A DNA stretch of 62,101 nt, filler included, from Bipalium vagum (GCA_037834085.1; 3 parts of 3 records of this genome joined end to end with filler, not necessarily neighbours in it); one strand, 5' to 3'; numbered from the whole stretch's first letter, positions 14,335 to 26,296 are shown. Notes: generated from the sequence alone by a model not told the origin. Numbers and translations: made by a program.

Positions 14335-15537
14335 AAATGGCAAGGCTAAAAAGTTCTTAGACTTTAACAAAATAATGAATATATTTAAATAATATGCTGC
14401 ACATAAAAAATAATCATATATAGGCTTGAAACATATGGTTTGTTTAAATATTCTAATTTTTGTTTCCATTAGATATGATAAATTCAACATATATATAAAA
14501 ATGTAGTATTCCGACGTGTGATATGGTTTTTACTATTAAAGGGATCTACCAAGCAGGAAATTATTAATGAGTTGAAAGGGGTATATGGTGAAGAAGCACA
14601 ATGTGAGGCAACCGTCTATAATTGGATCCGCGAATTTTCATCTGGCCATAAAATTGTTTATGAAGCTTCCAAAAGTTGAAAACCTGCCCAAATTAATAAA
14701 AAAATTATTTTAAAATTGAAAGAAATTGTAAAACAAGAACAAAAAAACACTCAAGCTGAGCTGTCTGAGAACCTAAATGTATGCAAAAAAACCACCCAGT
14801 TGCTTCTAAACCAAATTGGAGTCCGACAGTTGTGTATCAGGTTCGTGCCGACATTTCCAACAACCGATATGTGGGTAGACAAAAAATAACTTATGAAAGG
14901 AATATTCGTCTTCTTGGTGTTGTTGTACCAATTTTATGGAATATCATAACTACAGACGAGATGTCATTTAGTTTCCGCATTCCTTACTCTAAAAGAGAGT
15001 AAAAAAAAAGAGTTTTCCAAAATGTAAAACCATCTAAATTCTTGCATCTGGAAATTTTGCATTGTAAATATGCTATGTTGACCTTCTTTTGCGATAGAAA
15101 GGGCATCTTGAAGCTTGTTTTACTGAAGAAATCATAAATTCTGATTACTACAGTGATCTTTTACTTGAAACTCGAACTATCCAACGCAAGCCTTGGAATC
15201 AGGATCTTTTTTCCTCCATGATAACACTTCTATTCATATATGAAAGAAATCCAAAAATACATTATCAAAAGCTAGATTTGTGCTGCTGGAAGGCACAACA
15301 GTCCAGATATGGCACCAATTGATATATTTGATGACAAGAATTTATTTCAAAGGATGATATGAAGGATAATGTGATAAAATCCCTCATGGAGAAGGATCCA
15401 AATTTTTTGAAATGGTCGATCGGTGAAATACGTGCGTCAATGTAAACGGTGATTATATCGAGAAATGAGACTTGAAATTTGTTCAGTTATCTTCATTATT
15501 TCTGGTAGAGTCTAAGTAATTTTTAGCCTAACCATGG
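14335..15537 (+). mobile_element. Full-length degenerate mariner (different family, irritans-like)
   Basis: TA-flanked TIRs aaatggcaaggctaaaaagttcttagac and gtctaagtaatttttagcctaaccatgg. Remnant transposase motifs: VYGEEAQCEATVYNWIREF, RFVP, IITTDE, FLHDN, PDMAP. Confidence 0.85.
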
Positions 15538-16949
15538 TAAACCTTATTTAGATTTCAAAACACTTAATTTCTTCTTCTTTAAAGTTACGAAATCTTTACG
15601 AAATACGAAAATCTCACAAAATTTATCTTAGTTATCTCTTTCTGTTCATGACAGTAATGTTCATCTATTTGTTTTCTATTTTATTCTCATTAATATCCAC
15701 AGATCCTTATCTCCAAAAATGTCTTGGTGAATTGCTCGATTTAGTTATTTAGATCCTATTAAATAGGCATTCACATCACCTGCATCTATGTAACGGAATA
15801 CTTAAATTTGTATATTCTTTAGGGTATGGTTTTATGTAAAAACCATTTTACAACATTAAAATTATTTTATAAACAATTTATGATAAACGAAATTAATTTG
15901 GTTTCATATTAAAAATAATTCTGATTTTTTAAGAACTTTATTTTATATTTTATAAATGAGAGTACACATTCATTTTATAATAAATATATTAACTGGCTGA
16001 TAATTATCAATTAATAATTATGCCTAAAATTCACCAATAGACTTAGGGAAATATATTTAGATACATCAGTTAAGATAATAAAAGAAAAATACAACAAAAA
16101 ACCTCGTGAATGATAAATTGGTTTCAATTAGTCTGTTTTTCTAATAGCGATCGTTAAGTGAAATGGGGACTTAGGTTTTAGTAATTAAACTTTCTAAAAA
16201 ATTAGATAAGAAAGATCAAGTGAACTTAAAACAGACCTATATATGAAAAATACAAAAGGGCCGAATAAATAGTTTTATTTATAAATTATACTATGGCGGA
16301 TATAATAATAGTTAAATATCATTCTAAAATAGTATTATAAAAAGGTACAGTAAAATTAGGTTGAATAAATTTTATTTAAATTTGTAAATTTTTCAGATTT
16401 TTTATGAGAAATTATAGTTTAAAGACAAGAATGAAAATTAGTAGATATTACAAGTCTATCAGAAAAATTTTTTACTTTGTACTGTATATATGTGTGTGTT
16501 TGTGTGATTATGTGTGGGTTTGTGTGTGCCTGTGTGAAGATGTGATATATGAGAAGTTTGAAGTATGTATCACAAAAAATGTTTTTATCAATTTATCAAT
16601 TTTTATCAATTGATAAAAAGCGTTTACTTGATAAATATATTGATTATGTTCACAAGATTATATATAGATTGTATATAATTCAATAAACTTATTTTTGAGT
16701 AACTTTGATTAACCAAATTTTTTAATTTTAAGATTTATAAATAAACTAAAATTAATCTGTCATATTTACAACAACTCTAATAGAAAACACTTTACTTGTC
16801 TCATTACAGGAAATAAAAAATATTATTTTTATAAATAGCAATCATTAATTTTGTCCAATATTAATATCAAATAAAAAAACCCAGGAATTTTCTAATGTTT
16901 ACGGTTTTAATATATTAAAAACACTTTTCCAAATACTTTTTTCCATTTG

Positions 16950-17407
16950 CAAATATTCTTTTAAAAGATTACAAACTCGTTCGTCTGAGATTTTAGCAAT
17001 TTCACGCATAATCATACTTGGACCTTTGTGTACAATTGCATGAATCTGTTCAACCAATTCCAGTGTTGACACACTTTATGAACGTCCACTGGTTGCATCA
17101 CCTTTGATGCTTATTCGACATTTGAACTCCACAGCCCATTGATGGACAGTAGAAAAAGAATGTGTAAAACTTTCTAATACTCCAACGATTTTTTCCTGTG
17201 AATTTCCGATTTAGCTTATCATTCAAGAACAAAAATTTAAAAACTGCTCAATAATTAATTTTCTCATACTAAAATAATAAATGAAAAATCAAATTCAAAT
17301 ATTTTCAAACAAAAGTTTACCTGTGTTATGTTGAAATATGATATATTAAAATATTTTTTCTTATGTTGGTTCATATGTGTTGCTTTCATTACTTTTCACG
17401 CGACCTA
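16950..17407 (-). mobile_element. Mariner 5' fragment (irritans-like HTH)
   Basis: The minus strand reads AVFKFLFL..SFSTVHQWAVEFKC..DATSGRS..ELVEQIHAIV. A TIR-like end lies near 17407. Confidence 0.7.
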
Positions 17408-18296
17408 AATTTCACAGTTTCCGCTATATTTAATGAAAAGTTATTTATCAAATCACCAGCTCTTGTCAAATGTAAATTTTGTTTTAATCAATAGAATTCT
17501 TCATAATCATCAAAAATTAATTAACATATTCCAGAAATTATATATATGAAATTCTAAATAAAATATGCTTTTATTTGTGCGAATAAACATTGAAAGATTT
17601 TTTATCCTTATCAAATAATAAATTGTAATATAAAAAGAAAATGTCTTGGTTGGCTTGAAATAAATATTTTAGATAATTTTATTTTTTATTCACAACTTAG
17701 TTAACCTCGATTTTTATAAGAAATTGCATTCATTTTGCGACTCAGTGGTTTTATTTCGTATTGATTTGATTTTAATTCTCATTTTTAATAGATTTTTCAC
17801 ATTGATTAACTGCAAAGAGAATTATTTTTCGACAATTTTTCTTTTTAAAAAATATTCTGTAATTTTTAAAAAGCTTATTAAACGAAGTCTAACTTAAATT
17901 TAATTTCTTTCCCCTTCATAATATTTCATATATATATTTCCTTTGGAAATGGTTTGCATAATTTTAAGTAATCAGTTTCATTTTCCTGTTAAATGAAATC
18001 AGGAATAATTGTCTAAAAATTAAGAGGACTGTCTATTTTCAAATTTAGCACATTCAAACTTCTGTTTTAAAATTGAATTGTGAATCTTATCTGTTTGGAA
18101 TGGATGGTATATATTTTATATAAAAATCATTTAGTTTTCTAATTAATTAAATAGTTCATGAAATGTACAACTTCTCTTAGGCTAATTTAATTTAGAGCAG
18201 GTGAATAGTTTTTAAATAATATCATTGGGAAATAAGCAGCCAATCAAATATATTAATAATATATCGATAACTAGTTAGAAATTATAATTATGATAT

Positions 18297-18301
<5 letters not shown>

Positions 18302-18372
<71 letters not shown>

Positions 18373-18472
18373 NNNNNNNNNNNNNNNNNNNNNNNNNNNN
18401 NNNNNNNNNNNNNNNNTTAATTAATTAANNNNNNNNNNNNNNNNNNNNNNNNNNNNNNNNNNNNNNNNNNNN

Positions 18473-18540
<68 letters not shown>
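18302..18540. repeat. (AAT)n microsatellite on both sides of an assembly spacer
   Basis: Perfect AAT runs at 18302-18372 and 18473-18540. Confidence 0.95.
18373..18472. other. Artificial assembly spacer (N44-TTAATTAATTAA-N44)
   Basis: Exactly 100 bp, with a 12-mer that puts stops in all six frames. Identical to the spacer at 44276-44375. Confidence 0.97.
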
Positions 18541-18541
<1 letters not shown>

Positions 18542-19710
18542 TTATTCATGACATTCATTCAAATAAAATGATTATAATGGATATTAAGAATTCCTATATA
18601 TTGCATGAATTTAAGATATATCGTCCATAAATCAGTAAATATAATAGTTTTGAGGAGAATAATAAATTATAAAATTTCAATTACTGACAGATAAAAAATA
18701 TTATTTATGAGTTTTGTGTAGAACAAACAGGAAACATTTTACTATCTAAATCTTAAAAAAATAAAATAAAGACTCATAAAATGCAAATTTATCGAACTCA
18801 CAAAGATTTTATGGAATAATTTTTCCATCAATAAAGGAAAAGGACTTTGCACATTGCACTCTCAATGAAATAAAACAGTTTATTTATATAATTTTACAAT
18901 ATATTATTTAATGTGAGTATTATAATATCGACTTTTCTGGTGTAATAACGTCATAAACATAAATGATCAACATTTATGATCAAGATCAACAGATTTGTGT
19001 TAAGAAAAAGTTACACAAAATTATAATATAAAATCAAATAAAAATAGAAGTTCTGACATTGAAATAAGCTATTTTACTACCTCTTATAACAATACGATAT
19101 TACTGAGATTTAGTGATGAACTGAACTAAATGGCTGACATCCACCTTAAGATCTATAAAAAAGAATAATGTAAAAATGGAGAAGCAAGCCCAACCTTCAA
19201 GTCCAAAAAACACAAATCACGTTCCAATGAAAACTTAAGCTAAATTATTGATTTTTTTATATTGATTTTTTAGTCATTATTTTATTTTTATTATTTTCAA
19301 AATATTTTCAAAATTTCATCATTATCATATTATTTTCTTATTATGTTTAATTTAATTTATGAGAAATTTAATTATTCAATACTTTCATTTTTTCAGGATT
19401 TTATTTATTTCTTGCTTTTAATTGCTCTAATATAAAATCAAATAAAAATAAAAGTTCTGACAATGGTATGAAATTGATATGAAGAGAAAATTGTAATATA
19501 TTTTGAAAATATAAATAAAAATATTTTCGTCAAATCAATTCTGCTTGCCTCATGCAATAAAATGTTTCAACAGATTTTTTAATCAATAATGAGATTTTTC
19601 ATATTTTACTAAAAAATCAATAAAAAAAAATAATAGTGTAAACATATGCGATGTGTGGCCAGCGGTTGGTCAGCTCATGATCAAATTGGTAATTTGTTTT
19701 TTCAGTCCAG

Positions 19711-22378
19711 ATGAAAGATGAAAAAAGCTTATGGTGCTTAAACCATGATGAGAAAAAGTACTTATAAAATATAGCATCGTCAATTAAATTCAGTGAAAAT
19801 TATTGATTGATAAATAGACAGACTGGAACTATCATTGATGGAATCCCTTGCAGAATTGGTTAAGAAAAATGATCGCGAAGAATTTCGTTCTCGGGTCCAA
19901 CGTGAGCTGAGCGATGAGAGAGCATTTCTGGATTTATTGGACAAAACGGAAAAGGAAAGGGCTGTTCAGTGGTGTAGAGAAAGTGATATATTTTTGTTGC
20001 ACAGAATGTTTACAAAGATTGACCAAGTCAAGTCAGTGGAATTTATTAAAGATAATTTGCCATTCTATAAAGCCCACCATTTACGGGACGATTTAGATCA
20101 AACCTGGCTCCATGTAGCCGTAGACAATAACAGAAGTCTGGCTGTCTTGGATTATCTAATTAACGATCTTCAGATCGATGTTGAAAAGACCGATTCCTCG
20201 AAATTCACTGTACTCCATATTGCCTGTCTCAAAGAACAATACAATAAAGGCGAGTTGGATTTGTTGATCAAATCGTCCGATCAACTGGTGGCATTGTCCG
20301 TTGAGGACGTAAGTCCCTTGGAATATGCTTGCGGAGACATTCGAAAGTTGAAAGACATCAAGAAGAACAAATTCGTCAAAATCAATGAGTTGCTGGCTAA
20401 AATCGATCGACTGTTCATCGGATTGCCCGAATGCGACGATTACCATTTCAATGAGAAAATATCCTTGGAAAATATGTGGCTTAAGTTATTACAGAAAAAC
20501 GACAAATATAGACTTATTAATCACATGAAGAAAGATGTGCATTTTGTTGAAAAGTTTTATTTGAAGAATGAAGACATGATTGAAATCATTTCCAACTGCC
20601 ATGAAAATGGTCAGGGTATTTTGACGTACGTTAAGAAGATAATCTCTCAAGACAACAATGGAATTCCAACTTTGGAAGATATCTTTACCCTTATTACCGG
20701 CCTAAGAGTGAAACAGAAGCAAATAACTGAAACATCAGAACATGAAAACGACTACATTCATTCAGCCTTGTTTATGGTTTTAATCACAGGGAGATTAGAA
20801 CTAGCTCCGCCATTGCTGACCTACTGTCAGTTCGATATCATCCCCTATGGACTTTTGACGTGTTTAGTTTGTTATAAATTGTCTAGAATTAAAGAATTTC
20901 CCGAGCAGGTTTTAGGAAATATTCAAAAAGTAAAGAATTTCTCGGAAAAATACTCAGCAATGGTGTTGAATAGAACGGTAATTCGAGATCTGACTGAAGA
21001 TAAAACCGTCGTTTCTCAGTATTTGAACAAGTCAGAAATTATTGGAGGTCAGAAAATTCTGGACATTGCCTATATGGGAGAATGTTCCAAATTTCTTGCA
21101 CTACCTACCTGTCAGAAGGCATTAACAAAGTTATGGTATGAAAAGAATCGGAAATGTGCTGCCTTGAAATTCTATTTGCACTCCTTCGTTCATTGTCTGT
21201 TCTTAATTATCTTGTCATACATTTTAGTCAACAATTTCTATGCCAAAGTCTCATCACTGGAAATCGTCTGTTACATCTATGGTATTGGATATTTAGCTGA
21301 AGAGGTTCGTCAGATATACATTTGTTATAAAGAAACTGGACTGACTACATTTTACGGAAAAGAAGCATCAAATTATCTTGATCTGGGTGCAATAGTTACC
21401 ATGTTGTTGGCTGCCATTTTACGAATGGCTCTTCCAATAGAACAGTTTCCAGATCAAGGAAATCAAGGTTCATATATGGAAAGTAAAGATTTCAATTTAT
21501 TTTTCATCAGATTGACATTGTGCATTTCACTTATTTTGTACTTTATGAGGATTATTTATTTCGGAGCAATTTTTGAACAATTGGGTCCAAAATTACAAAT
21601 GATTGCAGAAATGATAGTTAAAGATTTGATGCCTTTAATTTTTATATTTTTGGTATTTATAACGTCGTTTGGCGTGGCATTTCAATCATTGATGTTTCCT
21701 AATAGTTTCTATACATTAAAGAATAACAACACCTTTGAAAAAAAGTCATTGAAAGACGTTGTAGGCATCATTTTTCGACGATCTACTGTCACAATATTTG
21801 ACACCCATTATCCATTTGAAGAGCTGGAACATGATGAAGGCGGGTACATCGTGAATCAGGACGGTAAAACAGCCGTTTATTTTCTTTTGGTTATTTATAT
21901 GGTCGTCGTTAATGTCATGCTTACAAATTTGTTAATAGCACTATTCAGTTATACTGTTACAGTTATCATCCAGAAGTCTCGAGAATCATGGAAAGCTAAC
22001 AGATATAAGGATATCAAAGAGTACTATGATAGGTCTTTACTTCCACCTCCATTGAATTTGATTGAAATTATAGTTGAGATAATTTATATAAAATTCCAAA
22101 AACTCCATTCGAAAAATAAAGAAAGACCAACAAGTGATGAGATGAAATTGGTAGAAAATAACAATGATGGTTTCCATAAGGACCATTTTATATCATACAA
22201 AATTCTCCAAGCATTTGCCCTGAAAGATTGCCGTTATAAATTAGTGTTGAGTGAAGAAGATAAAGAATATGAAAGAAAATTTAGTATTAAGATGATAAAG
22301 AAAGGAATTGAAAATATAGAAAAAACGATTAAGTTAAAAAACCTCAAGCAGCCTTCGCAAGTTGCAGAAAAAAATTAG
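19711..22378 (+). CDS. TRPM-like cation channel with N-terminal ankyrin repeats (about 865 aa)
   Basis: An 847-aa ORF runs 19835-22378. A probable small first exon 19711-19757 (MKDEKSLWCLNHDEK) splices in frame over a 64-bp GT-AG intron to 19822. Ankyrin repeats: QTWLHVAVDNN, FTVLHIACLK, SPLEYAC. MHR4-like segments: LFMVLITGRLELA and ILDIAY..CSKFLALPTCQKALTKLW. There are 6 TMs, with S2 AEEVRQI, S3 NYLD, S4-S5 linker LGPKLQMI, S5 SFGVAFQSLMFP, S6 NVMLTNLLIALFSYT and TRP domain WKANRY..IKEYYDRSLLPPPL. Confidence 0.9.
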
Positions 22379-23015
22379 TTTATAAAAATGTCCAGATTCA
22401 TTAAAAAGTCTTAACTACTGAGACCACTGACCAGATGGTTTAACATGGACTTTAATCCTAATCATATACTTTTTATTTGTTTATTCTTTTGACAATTATA
22501 TTTTTACTTCGTTTATTTTCACTATTAATTTAAACTAAAATAATATATTATTATTATTTGGCTAATTAATTAAAATTTTAATTAAATTTATTAATATTTC
22601 TTGATATGAATTACTTAAAAATTCCAAATATAAAATAATTTAAATACTTATTAATTTTAATCTCTTGAACTCATTCAAGCAATAAATTACCTGTATAATC
22701 TATCAAAATATTTATTATATTTTTTATATATTCATTTTTTAAAAAGAAATGTTTTATAAGAAATTAATTATTCAACTTAAAAATGAAATGAAAGTGTGTT
22801 TTTAAAAAAAATAAATAATAATTTTTATAATAATAAAATTAAATAAAATAAAATAAATAAATATAATAAAATTTATATAGAGCAAATTTCCAAATATTTA
22901 TTAGACTAAGATTTTCAAATACTTAGAAATAATTAAATTATTTTTGTAAATTTTTTAAAAAGTAATTGAAAAAAATATTTAAAATTAAAAAATTTTAATG
23001 TTCCAAATGTTTATA

Positions 23016-23464
23016 CATTGTGGTCGTTAGAAAAACAGGAAATTAATACAATTAATTTTTATTCTTTTATTAGAATGTCGATTTAATAATTAATCAATCA
23101 TGTCGTTTTCAAAGATGTAATCTAATCTCAGTTATTTTGAGTTATTGGTAATTTTATGTCAGAAGTTAGAGGATTATCCGACTTTAATATGGATTATTGT
23201 ATCTTGAGTTGGTTACTAAGAAAGAAAAAATGTTCTGATATAAATAAAATTGGTAATCTGGAACTCATCTTACTAGATACCTAGAATAACATAACGCCAG
23301 CCGCAATTCAAAATGAAACAAAAACTGGGATTCCACGATTAAGAAAATGTGAACCAATGCAAGGAAGCCATTTTGGACATAGTATATGAATCTACTAAAT
23401 ATTTCTTGTGAATATTAATAAATAAAGATTTTCTAAGTTTCCCGTTTTTCTAATGACTCTTTTG
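23016..23464 (+). mobile_element. Non-autonomous Tc1-like element
   Basis: TA-flanked TIRs cattgtggtcgttagaaaaacagg and cccgtttttctaatgactcttttg. Internal remnant RLRKCEPMQGSHFGH resembles a transposase C-terminus. Confidence 0.75.
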
Positions 23465-23778
23465 TATATTTTAATTAAATAATAAAATGCAAAATGTTTG
23501 AAAAAAAATTTTAAAAAAAAATTTCATATTTATACTTTAAAACTATTAAATAATAATAAAAAAATTTTTTCAATATTTTATTAAAAAGAAATTTTCAGAG
23601 AATAAAACAATATTATTAGAACAAAAAAATGAATATATAATTTTGATATATATAATATTGTGCATAAAAATCTAAAACCGTTTGTTTAAATTTTATAATT
23701 GTAAAGTTCAGAATTAGTTTATAGAAGAAAAGAAACCAATGAATAAAAAATAATAATAAAAGTTTTATTATAATTAAC

Positions 23779-23865
23779 AGAGTAGTCGATACCAGAACGA
23801 TTTTCGTTTCCTAATTTTGGAAAATGGTAACCTGTCACTGACGGCAAGCCCAACGTCATTGACAT
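23779..23865 (-). CDS. Candidate first coding exon of a divergently transcribed gene, PPME1 (PP2A methylesterase)-like
   Basis: A GC-enriched 87-bp stretch runs from ATG to a phase-0 donor (TCT|gttaat) and encodes MSMTLGLPSVTGYHFPKLGNENRSGIDYS. It resembles the PPME1 N-terminus (SMHLGRLPS...RKRDFS) and sits head-to-head with C2CD3, as PPME1 does in human. No downstream exons were found. Confidence 0.45.
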
Positions 23866-24080
23866 ACTAAATTTGATTTTGCCTCTTACTGCAGAAAGTA
23901 ACCAATTCAACTATTGGAATTAGCTTGGAAACTTTTATCATTTGTTTATTTTTTTGAAATGTGTGTTTACAAAATTGAAAAATACACCAAAAGTTGGTCT
24001 ATTTCATAGAAAAACGTGGAAAAATTGGATTTTAAATGTATAAAAGTGTATTTCGTGTACAATTTCTTTTTATAATCTAT

Positions 24081-24094
24081 GCTGCCATGGTAAC
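24081..24094. promoter_or_regulatory. RFX X-box (ciliary gene promoter element)
   Basis: GCTGCCATGGTAAC has one mismatch to the X-box consensus GTTNCCATGGNAAC. It is followed by ATGGCG (YY1-like, 24117) and a strong donor gtgagt at 24181, consistent with a non-coding first exon of C2CD3. Confidence 0.65.
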
Positions 24095-26149
24095 TATTTT
24101 TTTCTGAATTATTTCTATGGCGTCAATAATGAATAAAAGCAAACAAATTACAATTTAATTCTTGATAATTTTATTGCGTTGTGAGTAATAATTTAAAGTT
24201 CAATTTTTATATTTAGTAACATTTTGTTTAATTTAAAGATACGTTTTAAACAAAAATATTGAAATAATTTTTATTATTTTAAAAACATTTTTGAATAAAT
24301 GAACATAAACGAAAATAAATTCAAACTTTTGAAAAGTAATTTGGTAAAGTTCTACTCAAAGATTTTTAAGGTTAAACCTTTTTTATGTGAATTGGTTCTG
24401 TTTAATATGGTTGAGTTTCCATTAAATTGATGAAGTTAAAGTATTTTCTTCCTGTAAGATTTAGAAGCTGGATAAAAGGTTGTTTTACTTGACAAGTTCT
24501 AAGAGGATTCTATTTGTGGTTTTCAGACTAGAATAAATGATATTGAAACTGTAAATCCCCAAACAAAACGATAGCTTTCATATAGAAAAGAATAGATTTA
24601 AAATATTGGATATCTCCATCAAAAAATTCAATGAAATTTTCTCTTTGATAAGAATTCGAAGAACTTGGTCATTTATGTGTTGTAAAAAAATTCCAGGTCG
24701 AAATATCCAACAAATGTTTTTAATATTTAATAACTTTCGAAAGGACTTATTCTGAGTTTGATCTAGAAGAACTATTTTTATAGATCTATATACTCGTACT
24801 ACCACAAAAGATTATGGGTATAATGTCTTTAATTTGTTATATAATTAATACAATTAGAAAACGTTGCAATTAAGTTTAATGTAGTAGAACACATCAAATA
24901 AATATAATATATCGTAAGCCTGAAAAAATTGTTGTAATGAAAATATCACAAAAAAAGATAATAATGTATCAATCTTATTGTCAAAGATATAATTAATTAT
25001 TATAATTATACAGTTCTATTAAAAGAAAAAAAACACAAGTGAAAATCAACATCCATACATTTCTCATTTATTACAAACAGAATTTTATTATGAATAAAAA
25101 ATTATTTTAAGTACCATTTATATTCTAGTAAATAGTTGAAAAACCATAATGAAATAAACTCTCTTACTATTTCTTATCTGACTTGTAACAATACGCTATT
25201 ACTGAGTTTTACTTGTCAGCTGAATTTGTTGGGTTAGCCAAGGGCACATACATGTGTACCCTGATAAAAAATATATGTTAAAGACCGAAAAAGGGTCTAA
25301 AATATTTATAATTACTATAAATTAATTATTAAGACTAATTAATTAATTATTAAAAGGGTCAGAAGAAATTAATAATAAAAATATTACTACAAAAATAATT
25401 TTTTTTAAAAATGCTACTGAATACTGTCCTGATAATTTAAACGGTATATACTTGCTGGAAAATACGCTCATGCAGTCGGTCGAGCCACCAAATGAAAATA
25501 TGTGGAGACTTCCAAATCAGAATAAAAAGACATCGTGATTTGTGATCCCAATGATTTTAAAAACAATGTTATTTATTAATAAAATTTTTTGTATTTTAAT
25601 ATTTATTTTATTTTGGATTTTATTATTAAATTAAAAAATTAAAATATAAATCAAATAATTAATGAATTATAATAATTATTATTATTACTTATATTTTAAT
25701 GAGTCACACAAAAAAATATAAAAATTTGGAAAAAATTAAATTAGTAAGATCAACTTACTAATAATAGAATTTAAATAAAAATAGTAATGATAAAATTATA
25801 CATAGTAATAAATTAAAAATAAAATTTAAAAACAGTAACAAAATGTTACTTAATATAAATTACATATTAAAAAATGGGTATATAAACCAAATTCAAAATA
25901 CAATATGGGCCGAACGACGAGAAAATTAATTGAAGACAAAGACAGAGACAGACACAGAATTCAGTCACAAGAAAGATCACGTGCAGTAAGAACATTAATC
26001 ATCAGATAGCACGAGGCAATTAACGAGCGAGTCAACATAAATATAAAAGACGGAAAGCAGATTTCATTTATAATTTAGGATTGTATATGCCCATCAGTGA
26101 GTATTCTATATTATAATATCTATAATTATATTTTAGTTAATTGATTAAT

Positions 26150-26296
26150 AATTCTAAAGAATTATACAATCATTATTATAATAAATAATTTCAAAATCCT
26201 AATTGGTAATTCTAAAGAATTATACAATTACTAAATAAATAAATAATAATTCAACTTAAATTTCATAGTTGGTAATTTTTAATAAAATTACACAAC
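26150..26296. repeat. Degenerate minisatellite (unit about 60 bp, about 2.5 copies)
   Basis: aattctaaagaattatacaat recurs at about 26150 and 26208, and in degenerate form at about 26275. Confidence 0.6.

Noticed and set aside
16404-16613. Cys/Val-rich ORF
   Set aside because: It is the translation of a degenerate (GT)n microsatellite.
18417-18428. TTAATTAATTAA palindrome between N runs (also 44320-44331) as a biological motif
   Set aside because: It is a six-frame stop linker centred in identical 100-bp spacers, an assembly artefact.
20156-20446. Antisense ORF (96 aa) and alternate-frame ORF 19914-20096
   Set aside because: Shadows of the GC-richer channel CDS with no recognisable motifs.
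22395-22440. Minus-strand PSGQWSQ as PPME1 exon 2 (PVPWSQYF)
   Set aside because: It is immediately followed by a stop and has no suitable acceptor, so it is probably coincidence.
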